Assembly: GCA_902510965.1 (NCBI GenBank)
Contig: CABXDM010000004.1
Span: 1-45,477, forward strand
Direction of reading: 5' to 3'
Length of the DNA stretch: 45,477 bases
Source of the DNA: an uncultured Candidatus Actinomarina sp.
Lineage (GTDB): Bacteria; Actinomycetota; Acidimicrobiia; Actinomarinales; Actinomarinaceae
The notes beneath the pieces were generated by a model. That model worked only from the letters and a program-made list of their open reading frames with translations, had not been told where the DNA came from and searched no databases. How positions within the stretch are numbered: position 1 is the first letter of the stretch; each line of letters opens with the position of its first letter. Of the stretch, positions 8,665 through 18,509 are shown in pieces. The translations under genes were made by a program, and so were the position numbers.

Positions 8665-10461
8665 ATGTGTGGCATTATTGGGTATTCGGGCCCTAAGCAA
8701 CCTTTACCTATTTTATTGGAAGGACTATCTAGATTAGAATATCGTGGCTATGATTCAGCCGGTATTGCAATAACAGATGGCCCAAATCTAACTATCGAAA
8801 AAAAAGAAGGTAAATTACAAGTTTTAAAAGACCATTTACTTAATAAAGAAATTAATGGGAATATTGGAATTGGTCACACTCGATGGGCAACACATGGTGT
8901 TCCAAGTGATGAAAATGCTCACCCCCATTATGATCGCAATAAAGATTTTGCAATAATACATAACGGTATAATCGAAAATTATGCCGAAATGAAAGAAGAA
9001 CTACAAAGTGATGATTATCAATTTGAATCTGAAACAGATACAGAAGTTGTAGCAGTTGAATTGAGTAAGCAATGGACAGGTAATCTTTTGGAAACCGTCT
9101 GTAAGGTAGCTAAAGAACTTGATGGAACTTATGCACTTGTAGTTACCACAACAAAGCAGTCTGACACTATAGTCGCAGGGAGAATGATGAGCCCATTAGT
9201 TCTTGGGGTGGGAGAGGGAGAAGTCTTTCTTGCTTCAGACTCAGCAGCAATACTTGAGCACACAAATAAGATGATCTTCCTAGAGAATGGAGATTTTGTT
9301 GAGATTAAAGATGGCAGTTATCAATTATTTGACATCAACATGAATAAAATATCAAGAGAAGTTCAAGAGATTGATTGGGAAGTCTCTGAAGCAGAAAAAT
9401 CAGGCCATGACCATTTCATGTACAAAGAAATACTTGAACAAGCAGAAGTAATTGAAAGGACAATAACTGGACGTTTAGAGATTGGGTCAGAGGAAATCCC
9501 TGTCGACTTAAATAAGGCCAAACAATTTGAAAAAATATGGATTGTTGCGTGCGGTACTGCTTACCATGCTGGATTATTCGGTAAGGATTTGTTTGAAAAA
9601 GTCTTAGGAGTTCCAGTTAGTGTAGAACTTGCATCAGAATTTCGATATCGGGAACCTATAGTTGGTGAAAATGATTTAGGTATCGTTATTTCTCAATCTG
9701 GAGAAACAATGGATACCATTGCAGCAACAGAACTCCTTAAAGAGAACAATGCTCATGTTCTCGCTCTAGTAAACGTTGTCGGTAGCTCTCTTGCTAGGAT
9801 GGCTGACAGTGTGTTATATCTTCATGTAGGGCCAGAAATCGGTGTAGCCTCAACAAAAGCGTATTTAGGAATGCTTGTTGGGCAACTTCTTTTAGCTAAG
9901 CACTGGGATGAATCTGAGAATCTTGAAACAACTTTTGATGAGATTAAACAGTTACCTTTTTTGATCAAAGAAACTTTGAAATGTGAATCTCAAATTAAAG
10001 AAATATCAAAATCAATTAATGAGAAGAAAGATATTTATTTTATTGGTAGGGGATTGGACTATGCATTAGCAGCAGAAGGCGCATTAAAATTAAAAGAAAT
10101 ATCCTATCTACATGCAGAAGCTCTTGCGGCTGGTGAACTTAAACATGGCACCTTAGCTTTGATAGAGAATGGCACACCAGTAATTGTTACTGCCAGTCAA
10201 CATCACCTTCTTGATAAGACAACAAGTAATGTTCAGGAGGTCAAAGCAAGAGGAGCATATGTAATTGCAATAGGAGACAACTCATCAAAGAAATTGCAAG
10301 ATATTTCTAATGATTACGTCACTCTTCCAGAAGCAAGTGAAATGTTATCAACAATTGTGTCAATTATTCCACTTCAATTCATTGCATATCATGTTGCAAA
10401 TTTGAACGGTGAGTCTATTGATCAACCTCGTAACTTAGCTAAATCAGTAACGGTGGAGTAG
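8665..10461 (+). CDS. glmS: Glutamine--fructose-6-phosphate aminotransferase
   Basis: MCGIIG (N-terminal nucleophile Cys), RLEYRGYDSAG, GHTRWATHG, SQSGET, C-terminal PRNLAKSVTVE. Confidence 0.99.
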   Translation: MCGIIGYSGPKQPLPILLEGLSRLEYRGYDSAGIAITDGPNLTIEKKEGKLQVLKDHLLNKEINGNIGIGHTRWATHGVPSDENAHPHYDRNKDFAIIHNGIIENYAEMKEELQSDDYQFESETDTEVVAVELSKQWTGNLLETVCKVAKELDGTYALVVTTTKQSDTIVAGRMMSPLVLGVGEGEVFLASDSAAILEHTNKMIFLENGDFVEIKDGSYQLFDINMNKISREVQEIDWEVSEAEKSGHDHFMYKEILEQAEVIERTITGRLEIGSEEIPVDLNKAKQFEKIWIVACGTAYHAGLFGKDLFEKVLGVPVSVELASEFRYREPIVGENDLGIVISQSGETMDTIAATELLKENNAHVLALVNVVGSSLARMADSVLYLHVGPEIGVASTKAYLGMLVGQLLLAKHWDESENLETTFDEIKQLPFLIKETLKCESQIKEISKSINEKKDIYFIGRGLDYALAAEGALKLKEISYLHAEALAAGELKHGTLALIENGTPVIVTASQHHLLDKTTSNVQEVKARGAYVIAIGDNSSKKLQDISNDYVTLPEASEMLSTIVSIIPLQFIAYHVANLNGESIDQPRNLAKSVTVE

Positions 10462-10469
10462 ATTAATTT

Positions 10470-11558
10470 ATGGATAGAGGATACATTTATGTCAATAAAA
10501 ATAATTTTCGACATAATATTGACTATTTGAACAACCTCACGGATAGAGAACTTTGTATTGTTGTTAAGGCTAATGCATATGGTCACGGTATAGATTGGAC
10601 TGTCAATACAGCTATAGATTCAGGAGTAGTATGGTTTGCTGTCGCAACAATAGACGAAGCCATTTTAGTCAGAAGTATTTCAGACGATATTAGAATTCTG
10701 CTACTTTCAGAACCAGCTGTTTCAGAATTAGAAAAATTAGCCATTCACAATATTGACACAACTGTATACAACGAAACCTTTATTGAGGCTTTAGGTGAGT
10801 CACAGCACTCATTCAATGTACACCTTAAAATTGATACTGGCATGCATAGAGTTGGGTGCAGCCCAGATAAATTTGATATGTTATATGAAAAAATTTCATC
10901 TTTCAACAATTTAGCTCTAGAGGGTATCTGTACACATTTCCCTGTTGCAGATACGGATGAGAGACAAACGAATCACTCCGTGAAAATATTTAAGGAGACA
11001 ATCTCAGCTGTTGATATAGAAAACCTTTTAATACATGCCGATAACTCAGCATCTACTACTTACAATAATGAAAAGATTTTTAATATGACAAGGGTTGGAT
11101 TAGCTGCTTATGGGCACAGTATATCTCCTGTTAGTATTGCTAGTGAATTAAAACCAGTAATGGAAATAAAAACTCGAATATCAAATATCCAAATCAGAAA
11201 AAAAGGAGAATCTGTTTCATACGGTAAAGCACTCATTCTAGAAAAAGATGCTTTAATTGCTACTGCTCCGATTGGGTATGGAGATGGATATCCTTGGAAC
11301 TCTTTTCCGGACGGGAAGGTAATAGTCAATAACAAGTTTTGTAGGTTGATAGGTAGGGTCACAATGGATCAAATTCTATTTGACATAACAGGAATGGAAG
11401 TAGAAATTAATGACGAGGTAACTATTTTAGGAGTATCGCTTGATAGCAGCATTGAGATTTCTATTAAAGATATTGCAGAATGGAATAACACCATTGAGTG
11501 GGAAATACTTACCAATATTAAAGACAATCGATTAAATCGAGTTGAAATTGAGAACTAA
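10470..11558 (+). CDS. alr: Alanine racemase
   Basis: VVKANAYGHG (PLP Lys), HLKIDTGMHRVG, IGYGDG, GRVTMDQ. Confidence 0.97.
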   Translation: MDRGYIYVNKNNFRHNIDYLNNLTDRELCIVVKANAYGHGIDWTVNTAIDSGVVWFAVATIDEAILVRSISDDIRILLLSEPAVSELEKLAIHNIDTTVYNETFIEALGESQHSFNVHLKIDTGMHRVGCSPDKFDMLYEKISSFNNLALEGICTHFPVADTDERQTNHSVKIFKETISAVDIENLLIHADNSASTTYNNEKIFNMTRVGLAAYGHSISPVSIASELKPVMEIKTRISNIQIRKKGESVSYGKALILEKDALIATAPIGYGDGYPWNSFPDGKVIVNNKFCRLIGRVTMDQILFDITGMEVEINDEVTILGVSLDSSIEISIKDIAEWNNTIEWEILTNIKDNRLNRVEIEN

Positions 11559-11952
11559 AGAGTTAAAACAAGATGATTTAAAAAAATTTGCTGAACAGTT
11601 TATTTTAGACTTAGCAGTCCCCTCAGTACTTGGACTAAAAGGAAATCTGGGTAGTGGCAAAACTACTCTGGTAAAGAGCTTTATTCGTGCATTGGGAGTT
11701 GAGGAAAAAGTTACGTCACCAACATTCAATATTGTTAGAACTTATAAAAAAGAAGAGTTGACTATTTATCATGTGGACCTTTATAGATTATCTTCCATAC
11801 ATGAATTTTATGATTTAGACTTGCCTCTAAATGAGGAGGATACATTATTTTTTATTGAGTGGTCTGATATGATTCCGGAATCAAAATCTACAGAGTGGAG
11901 ATTTTTAGATATAGAGATTGTTGATGAGATAACAAGGAAAGTAAGATATTAA
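11542..11952 (+). CDS. tsaE: t6A biosynthesis ATPase TsaE
   Basis: GNLGSGKTT, VTSPTF, HVDLYRL, IEW. Confidence 0.96.
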   Translation: MKLRTKELKQDDLKKFAEQFILDLAVPSVLGLKGNLGSGKTTLVKSFIRALGVEEKVTSPTFNIVRTYKKEELTIYHVDLYRLSSIHEFYDLDLPLNEEDTLFFIEWSDMIPESKSTEWRFLDIEIVDEITRKVRY

Positions 11953-11954
11953 AT

Positions 11955-12659
11955 ATGTATAAATTATCAATCTCTACCTCAGGTTCTTTTATTTCTGCTT
12001 GTCTTCACGAAGAGAAGTTAGTTGGGAGCTTAATATTTCAATCTGATCAAGGATCTACCAATTTGTTGCTAAATGAAGTAGATGAGTTATTAGTAAAAAC
12101 AAATGTAGACAAGAGAGATCTTGAAGCAATATATTTAGATACAGGACCTGGTTATTACACTGGACTCAGAATAGGTTATTCAGTGGCTCAAGGCATTGGA
12201 GGAACACTTGGAATTCCATTAGTCCCAGTAAATGGCCTTGATTCACTAGCATTTTCGGCTCATACAAGCCATAGAAAGATTTGCGCCATAGTAGACATTA
12301 AAAGGAATGAATTTGCATTCTGCACCTATAAACCGGTTCCTGGTGGGGTAGTCAGAGAAACTGAGCCCGAAATTTTAGACACTGAAACTCTAAAACTAAA
12401 ATTTGCTGAGGATGTTGAAAAAAAACTTTTAGTTGGTAACTGGGACTTAATTTCTGAAAATGATTTACCAAATGATAGCAATACAAAATTAGCTGATCCA
12501 AAGATTGTAACCGCAGAGACAATCCACGCAGTAGGCGAAAGAATATTTCAAAATAATAAGTATCCGAACTTCAATGAAATCCCTATTAACTATATGCGTG
12601 AGCCAGATATTTCACTTTCACAGACATCACTTGAAAAAAAGGTTGAGTTTAATGATTGA
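11955..12659 (+). CDS. tsaB: t6A biosynthesis protein TsaB
   Basis: GPGYYTGLRIG motif; position in the tsaE-tsaB-rimI-tsaD cluster. Confidence 0.93.
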   Translation: MYKLSISTSGSFISACLHEEKLVGSLIFQSDQGSTNLLLNEVDELLVKTNVDKRDLEAIYLDTGPGYYTGLRIGYSVAQGIGGTLGIPLVPVNGLDSLAFSAHTSHRKICAIVDIKRNEFAFCTYKPVPGGVVRETEPEILDTETLKLKFAEDVEKKLLVGNWDLISENDLPNDSNTKLADPKIVTAETIHAVGERIFQNNKYPNFNEIPINYMREPDISLSQTSLEKKVEFND

Positions 12660-13095
12660 GAATGTATCTTTATGTGATTTAAAAATGTCAAAAGAGCTTG
12701 AAGAAATAGAAAATGAGATATTCACTACAGCCTGGCCAAGTGAGACCATAAAGCAAAAAATTAATAATAAAGAATTTCAGTATTGGGTATATAAAAAAAA
12801 TGACAAGTTGGTTGCTTATTTAGGAGTTCAGTTTATTAATGACTTTATAGAGATACTAGGTATTGGGGTAATTGAAGAATACAGAATGAATGGAATTGCT
12901 GGAGAACTTATGAATGAGCTTTTAGACTTTTTTAAAAAGTCTTCTTATCTAAAAATAATATTAGAAGTACGTGAATCAAATGACACAGCAAAAAACTTAT
13001 ATACAAAATTGGGTTTTAACAAAATATCCAAAAGAAAAAATTATTATAAAAACGAGGATGCTGATATTTATTTAAAGGAAAAGGTCTATGTATAA
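12652..13095 (+). CDS. rimI: Ribosomal-protein N-acetyltransferase RimI (GNAT; probable ATG start at 12652)
   Basis: YRMNGIA, LEVRESN..AKNLYTKLGF..RKNYY..EDA. Confidence 0.92.
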   Translation: MIENVSLCDLKMSKELEEIENEIFTTAWPSETIKQKINNKEFQYWVYKKNDKLVAYLGVQFINDFIEILGIGVIEEYRMNGIAGELMNELLDFFKKSSYLKIILEVRESNDTAKNLYTKLGFNKISKRKNYYKNEDADIYLKEKVYV

Positions 13096-14089
13096 AGATA
13101 AAGTTATCTTAGGTTTTGAAACAAGTTGTGATGAAACGGCTATTGCGATTATGAAAGATAGCAAACTACTAGTCAATAAAATATCTTCACAGGTAGACAT
13201 ACATGAAAAATTTGGGGGAGTTGTTCCAGAAGTTGCATCTCGAGCTCATTCAGAAATGATACGCAACTTATTTCACACATCACTCAACGAAGCACAGTTA
13301 GAACTTTCAGATATTGATATTGTTGCTTCTACAGATGGCCCAGGACTAGTAGGTAGTCTTGTTGTTGGCTACAATTTTGCAAAATCAGTTGCGTGGTCTT
13401 TAGATAAGCTATTTTTACCGGTAGATCACATGGTGGGGCATTTAAGTGCTCCGTTGATAGAATACCCACAACTAGAACCGCCATTTCTTTCTTTACTAGT
13501 TTCCGGTGGGCATACACAAATTGTTTTAGTTGAAGAGTGGGGAAAGTATGAACTTTTAGGAACCACTATAGATGACGCTGCGGGAGAGGCTTTTGACAAA
13601 CTTTCAAGATATTGTGGATTTGGCTTTCCAGGAGGACCTGCAATACAAAAGATAAGTGAGGGTGGAGATGAATCAAAGGTACCCCTTCCAAGACCAAAAC
13701 CTTCAGGGGAGTTTGATTATTCTTTTTCTGGTCTTAAAACAGCAGCTGTTTATTACCTTCAGGACTTGAAAAAAGAGGATGAGGTTTCAAGGAAAGATTT
13801 TGCTGCTTCATATCAAGAAGCTATAGTTGACTCTTTAATGGGAGTATTTAAAAAAGCTGTAAGAGAAACAAAAGTACCAACAATATCTGGTGGTGGTGGA
13901 GTAATGGCAAACAAAAGGTTAAGAGAAAAATTAAGTACTTTTGCTGAAGAAGAGAGTAAAAATATATATATTCCATCACCAGCACTATCTACTGATAATG
14001 CAGCAATGATATGTAGTGCAGCACAAATGAATTTAACTACGAAAGACCTTAACATCAATGATGTAAGGCTTTCTTCCATAATTAATTGA
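13088..14089 (+). CDS. tsaD: tRNA N6-adenosine threonylcarbamoyltransferase
   Basis: ETSCDET, GGVVPEVASRAH, HMVGH, VSGGHT, DDAAGEAFDK, TDNAAMI. Confidence 0.98.
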   Translation: MYKDKVILGFETSCDETAIAIMKDSKLLVNKISSQVDIHEKFGGVVPEVASRAHSEMIRNLFHTSLNEAQLELSDIDIVASTDGPGLVGSLVVGYNFAKSVAWSLDKLFLPVDHMVGHLSAPLIEYPQLEPPFLSLLVSGGHTQIVLVEEWGKYELLGTTIDDAAGEAFDKLSRYCGFGFPGGPAIQKISEGGDESKVPLPRPKPSGEFDYSFSGLKTAAVYYLQDLKKEDEVSRKDFAASYQEAIVDSLMGVFKKAVRETKVPTISGGGGVMANKRLREKLSTFAEEESKNIYIPSPALSTDNAAMICSAAQMNLTTKDLNINDVRLSSIIN

Positions 14090-14165
14090 TAATTAAAATA
14101 CATTTATAAACGCAACCGTATTAAATTTTCTTATGTACAAAAAAAATATTTAGGAGGTAATGTAA

Positions 14166-14459
14166 ATGAATCTTCAACCTTTAGGAGACAGAGTTGTAGT
14201 TAAAGCTATGTCTGAAGATGAAATGAAAACAGCATCAGGAATTTACATTCCTGACACAGCTAAAGAAAAACCACAAGAAGGTGAAGTCGTAGCTGTAGGG
14301 CCAGGAGAGCCTAACGATGCTGGAGAAAAAGTAAAGCCAGATGTTGAAACAGGAGACAAAGTTGTCTATTCAAAATATGGTGGAACAGAAATCAAAGTCG
14401 ACGGACAAGAATACTTGATCTTATCAAGTAGAGATATTCTTGCAAAAATTACTAAGTAA
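14166..14459 (+). CDS. groES: Co-chaperonin GroES
   Basis: [36 protein letters not shown]; SD AGGAGG. Confidence 0.99.
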   Translation: MNLQPLGDRVVVKAMSEDEMKTASGIYIPDTAKEKPQEGEVVAVGPGEPNDAGEKVKPDVETGDKVVYSKYGGTEIKVDGQEYLILSSRDILAKITK

Positions 14460-14471
14460 TAGGAGATATAA

Positions 14472-16103
<1,632 letters not shown>

Positions 16104-16124
16104 TTACATCAAAAATTTAAAAAT

Positions 16125-16151
16125 GGAGCGGATTTAGGTCCGCTCTTTTTT
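16125..16151 (+). terminator. Intrinsic terminator of groESL
   Basis: GGAGCGGAT-ttag-GTCCGCTCT stem followed by a T-run. Confidence 0.9.
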
Positions 16152-16167
16152 ATAGTAAGCTAAAAAT

Positions 16168-16509
16168 ATGATAGGAATTCGAGGAGCAATTGCTGAGGTA
16201 CAAAATACTTCAGAGAACATTATTCAATCGAGTAAAAATCTTTTTACTGAAATCCTTGAAGTAAATAATTTAGAAATTGATAAAATTATTTCAGTTTTAT
16301 TTACACTTACACATGATTTAACAGAAGCATTCCCAGCTAAAGCACTGAGAGAACTTGGGCATACTACTATTCCCGCAATAGATACTTTAGCTCCAAATAT
16401 AGAACATGACTTAAAGGGTTGCATACGAATATTGGTTCACTACGAAGATAATGTGAATGTTAAACACGTTTATTTAGGAGAAGCTAAAAAACTTCGTCCA
16501 GACCGATAA
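16168..16509 (+). CDS. aroH: Chorismate mutase, AroH class
   Basis: GIRGA (Arg7), DL...FPAKALR, CIR (Arg90), HVYL...KKLRPD; TAAGCT -10 box 6 nt before the ATG. Confidence 0.93.
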   Translation: MIGIRGAIAEVQNTSENIIQSSKNLFTEILEVNNLEIDKIISVLFTLTHDLTEAFPAKALRELGHTTIPAIDTLAPNIEHDLKGCIRILVHYEDNVNVKHVYLGEAKKLRPDR

Positions 16510-16515
16510 AAGTAA

Positions 16516-16543
16516 TTGGCAAAGTGAATAAAGATGGTAAGAT
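16516..16543 (+). promoter_or_regulatory. Promoter of the aro operon (would give a leaderless leader-peptide transcript)
   Basis: TTGGCA (16516-16521), 16 nt spacer, TAAGAT (16538-16543) with extended TGn; ATG 7 nt downstream. Confidence 0.65.
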
Positions 16544-16550
16544 AATCACA

Positions 16551-16595
16551 ATGAAACTAAACAATACTTTTTTTTACTTTAGTGAGCACATATAA
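16551..16595 (+). CDS. Phe/Tyr attenuation leader peptide MKLNNTFFYFSEHI (14 aa)
   Basis: Consecutive TTT TTT TAC TTT codons (16569-16580) overlapping the first attenuator hairpin, upstream of aroF-tyrA...pheA. Confidence 0.85.
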   Translation: MKLNNTFFYFSEHI

Positions 16596-16645
16596 GTTGC
16601 CCTAAAGTTGTGTTGTAATAAATCGGGCAAAAGCCCGATTTTTTT
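16576..16645 (+). terminator. Transcription attenuator (protector / antiterminator / terminator)
   Basis: 1:2 ACTTTAG (16576-16582)/CTAAAGT (16602-16608); 2:3 TTGCCC (16597-16602)/GGGCAA (16625-16630); 3:4 AATCGGGC-AAAA-GCCCGATT followed by a T-run (16621-16645). Confidence 0.88.
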
Positions 16646-16659
16646 ATTTAGGAGAAGAA

Positions 16660-17676
16660 ATGATAATTGTAATGAAACAAGCGGCCTCTGAGGAAGATGT
16701 CGAGAAGGTTAAAAGTAAAGCTATAGAACAAGGTCACGAACCTCTGACTATATTTGGCGTTGAAAGAACTGTCGTCGCCGTGAGTGGGAAAGTTATTGAA
16801 GATAATAGAGCCATTATGAGACTTTTAGATAATGTTCATGAGGTAATTCCTATAGGTAGGCCATACAAGCTAGCAAGCCGCAGTTATAAAGAAGAAAATA
16901 CTCAAATTAAGATCAAGGACTTAATTATCGGAGGAAGTGAGCTGGCTCTTATTGCAGGACCAGACAGTGCAGAAACAAAGGAACAAACTCTTGAAACAGC
17001 TGAGGCTGTTGTAGCTGCAGGAGGTAATGGATTAAGAGGAGGTGCTTTTAAGCCAAGAACATCCCCATATAGCTTTCAAGGATTAGGTGAAGATGGTTTG
17101 AAAATGCTCAAAGAGGCTTCAGATATAAATAACCTTCCTTTATTCAGTGAAATAATGGATACTCAGCATTTATCAATGATGGAAAAATATGTTGATGTTC
17201 TTCAAGTTGGAGCTAGAAACATGCAAAACTTTAAGTTGTTAGAGGCAGTAGGTGAATCTAAGCTACCTGTTCTACTTAAAAGGGGAATGAGTGCAACTTT
17301 AGAAGAACTCTTACTTGCTTCTGAATATATTTTAGCTCGAGGAAATGAAAATGTGATGTTGTGTGAAAGAGGTATAAGAACCTATGAGACAGCAACAAGA
17401 AATACATTTGATGTAAATGCTATACCCTTTCTTAAAATGAACTCACACCTACCAGTTATTGCCGATCCAAGTCATGCAACTGGAGACAGTAAGCTTGTTG
17501 AGCCTGTTGCTCTAGCAGCTATTGCAGCAGGGGCTGACGGACTTTTGATTGAGATTCATCCAAGACCAGATGAAGCTCTTTGTGATGGCCCTCAAGCATT
17601 AGTTCCCACGCAGTTAAATGAGTTAAGCAAAAAAGTTAGCTCTATTGCAAAAGTAGTAGGAAGAACACTTAACTAG
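16660..17676 (+). CDS. aroF: DAHP synthase, type I-beta with N-terminal regulatory (ACT/ferredoxin-like) domain
   Basis: MIIVMK N-terminus, RGGAFKPRTSPYSFQG, GARNMQNF, LKRG, CERGIRT, DPSH. Confidence 0.95.
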   Translation: MIIVMKQAASEEDVEKVKSKAIEQGHEPLTIFGVERTVVAVSGKVIEDNRAIMRLLDNVHEVIPIGRPYKLASRSYKEENTQIKIKDLIIGGSELALIAGPDSAETKEQTLETAEAVVAAGGNGLRGGAFKPRTSPYSFQGLGEDGLKMLKEASDINNLPLFSEIMDTQHLSMMEKYVDVLQVGARNMQNFKLLEAVGESKLPVLLKRGMSATLEELLLASEYILARGNENVMLCERGIRTYETATRNTFDVNAIPFLKMNSHLPVIADPSHATGDSKLVEPVALAAIAAGADGLLIEIHPRPDEALCDGPQALVPTQLNELSKKVSSIAKVVGRTLN

Positions 17677-17678
17677 AA

Positions 17679-18509
17679 ATGAAATCAGTAAGAGTTTATG
17701 GGCTTGGCCTTATGGGAACAAATCTTGGGCTTAAATTACTTAGTAAAGGGATAAAAGTCTACGGTGAGGATGTCAACACTAAATCACTCGAGAGAGCATC
17801 TAACCTGGGAATTGATGTAGCTAATTCATCACAGGCAGTTGATTTGGCTATTCTTGCTATGCCTATAAATAGTATTGTATCAACTCTTAGTTCAGACAAA
17901 TTAATTGCTAATACCAAAGCAATAATTGATATAGGTGGGACAAAGGAGAAGATTTGCAATTTAATGGATAGTTACGAGGTTCCATCAATTGGTGGCCATC
18001 CAATGTGTGGTATTTCGGACAATAGCTCATGGGAACCTGACCCAGAAATTTACAATGGAGCTACATTTTTATTGTGCGAAACCAAGTCAATGGATCCTAC
18101 GTCAAGAGAGATTGTTCTTGAGATGATTCAATTATTAAACTCTAAGGAAGTCTGGATTGATAGAACTCATCATGATGAGATAATTTCGATTACTAGCCAT
18201 CTTCCACACTTAATAAGTACAGCTCTAGTTGGCACTGCTAGAGATAACTATGAGATAAATGAAATTATGGGTATGGCAGCTGGTGGTTTTGACGGAGCTA
18301 CAAGACTTACTAGAACTAATCCTGAGATGATAAAAGACATGTATGACACTAATTCTGAAAATATTAATAAATTCCTTAAATATTTCTTAAGTGAATTAAT
18401 GGAATTAGTTGACCTACAAGAAAGAGATGAACTCATTAGTTATTTAAATAATTCTGTCCATTGGAGAAGGGCATTATCTGACAAATTTGGGGAAAGACCA
18501 CTAAGTTGA
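17679..18509 (+). CDS. tyrA: Prephenate/arogenate dehydrogenase
   Basis: GLGLMG Rossmann motif, GGHPMCG, HDEIISITSHLPH, GGFDGATRL. Confidence 0.93.
   Translation: MKSVRVYGLGLMGTNLGLKLLSKGIKVYGEDVNTKSLERASNLGIDVANSSQAVDLAILAMPINSIVSTLSSDKLIANTKAIIDIGGTKEKICNLMDSYEVPSIGGHPMCGISDNSSWEPDPEIYNGATFLLCETKSMDPTSREIVLEMIQLLNSKEVWIDRTHHDEIISITSHLPHLISTALVGTARDNYEINEIMGMAAGGFDGATRLTRTNPEMIKDMYDTNSENINKFLKYFLSELMELVDLQERDELISYLNNSVHWRRALSDKFGERPLS

Noticed and set aside
12574-12651. Long N-terminus of RimI (similar over-extensions at pheA 23622, yceI 31302 and the thioredoxin-like ORF 28472)
   Set aside because: These overlap neighbouring genes or promoters; downstream ATGs with stop/start coupling or -10 boxes fit better.
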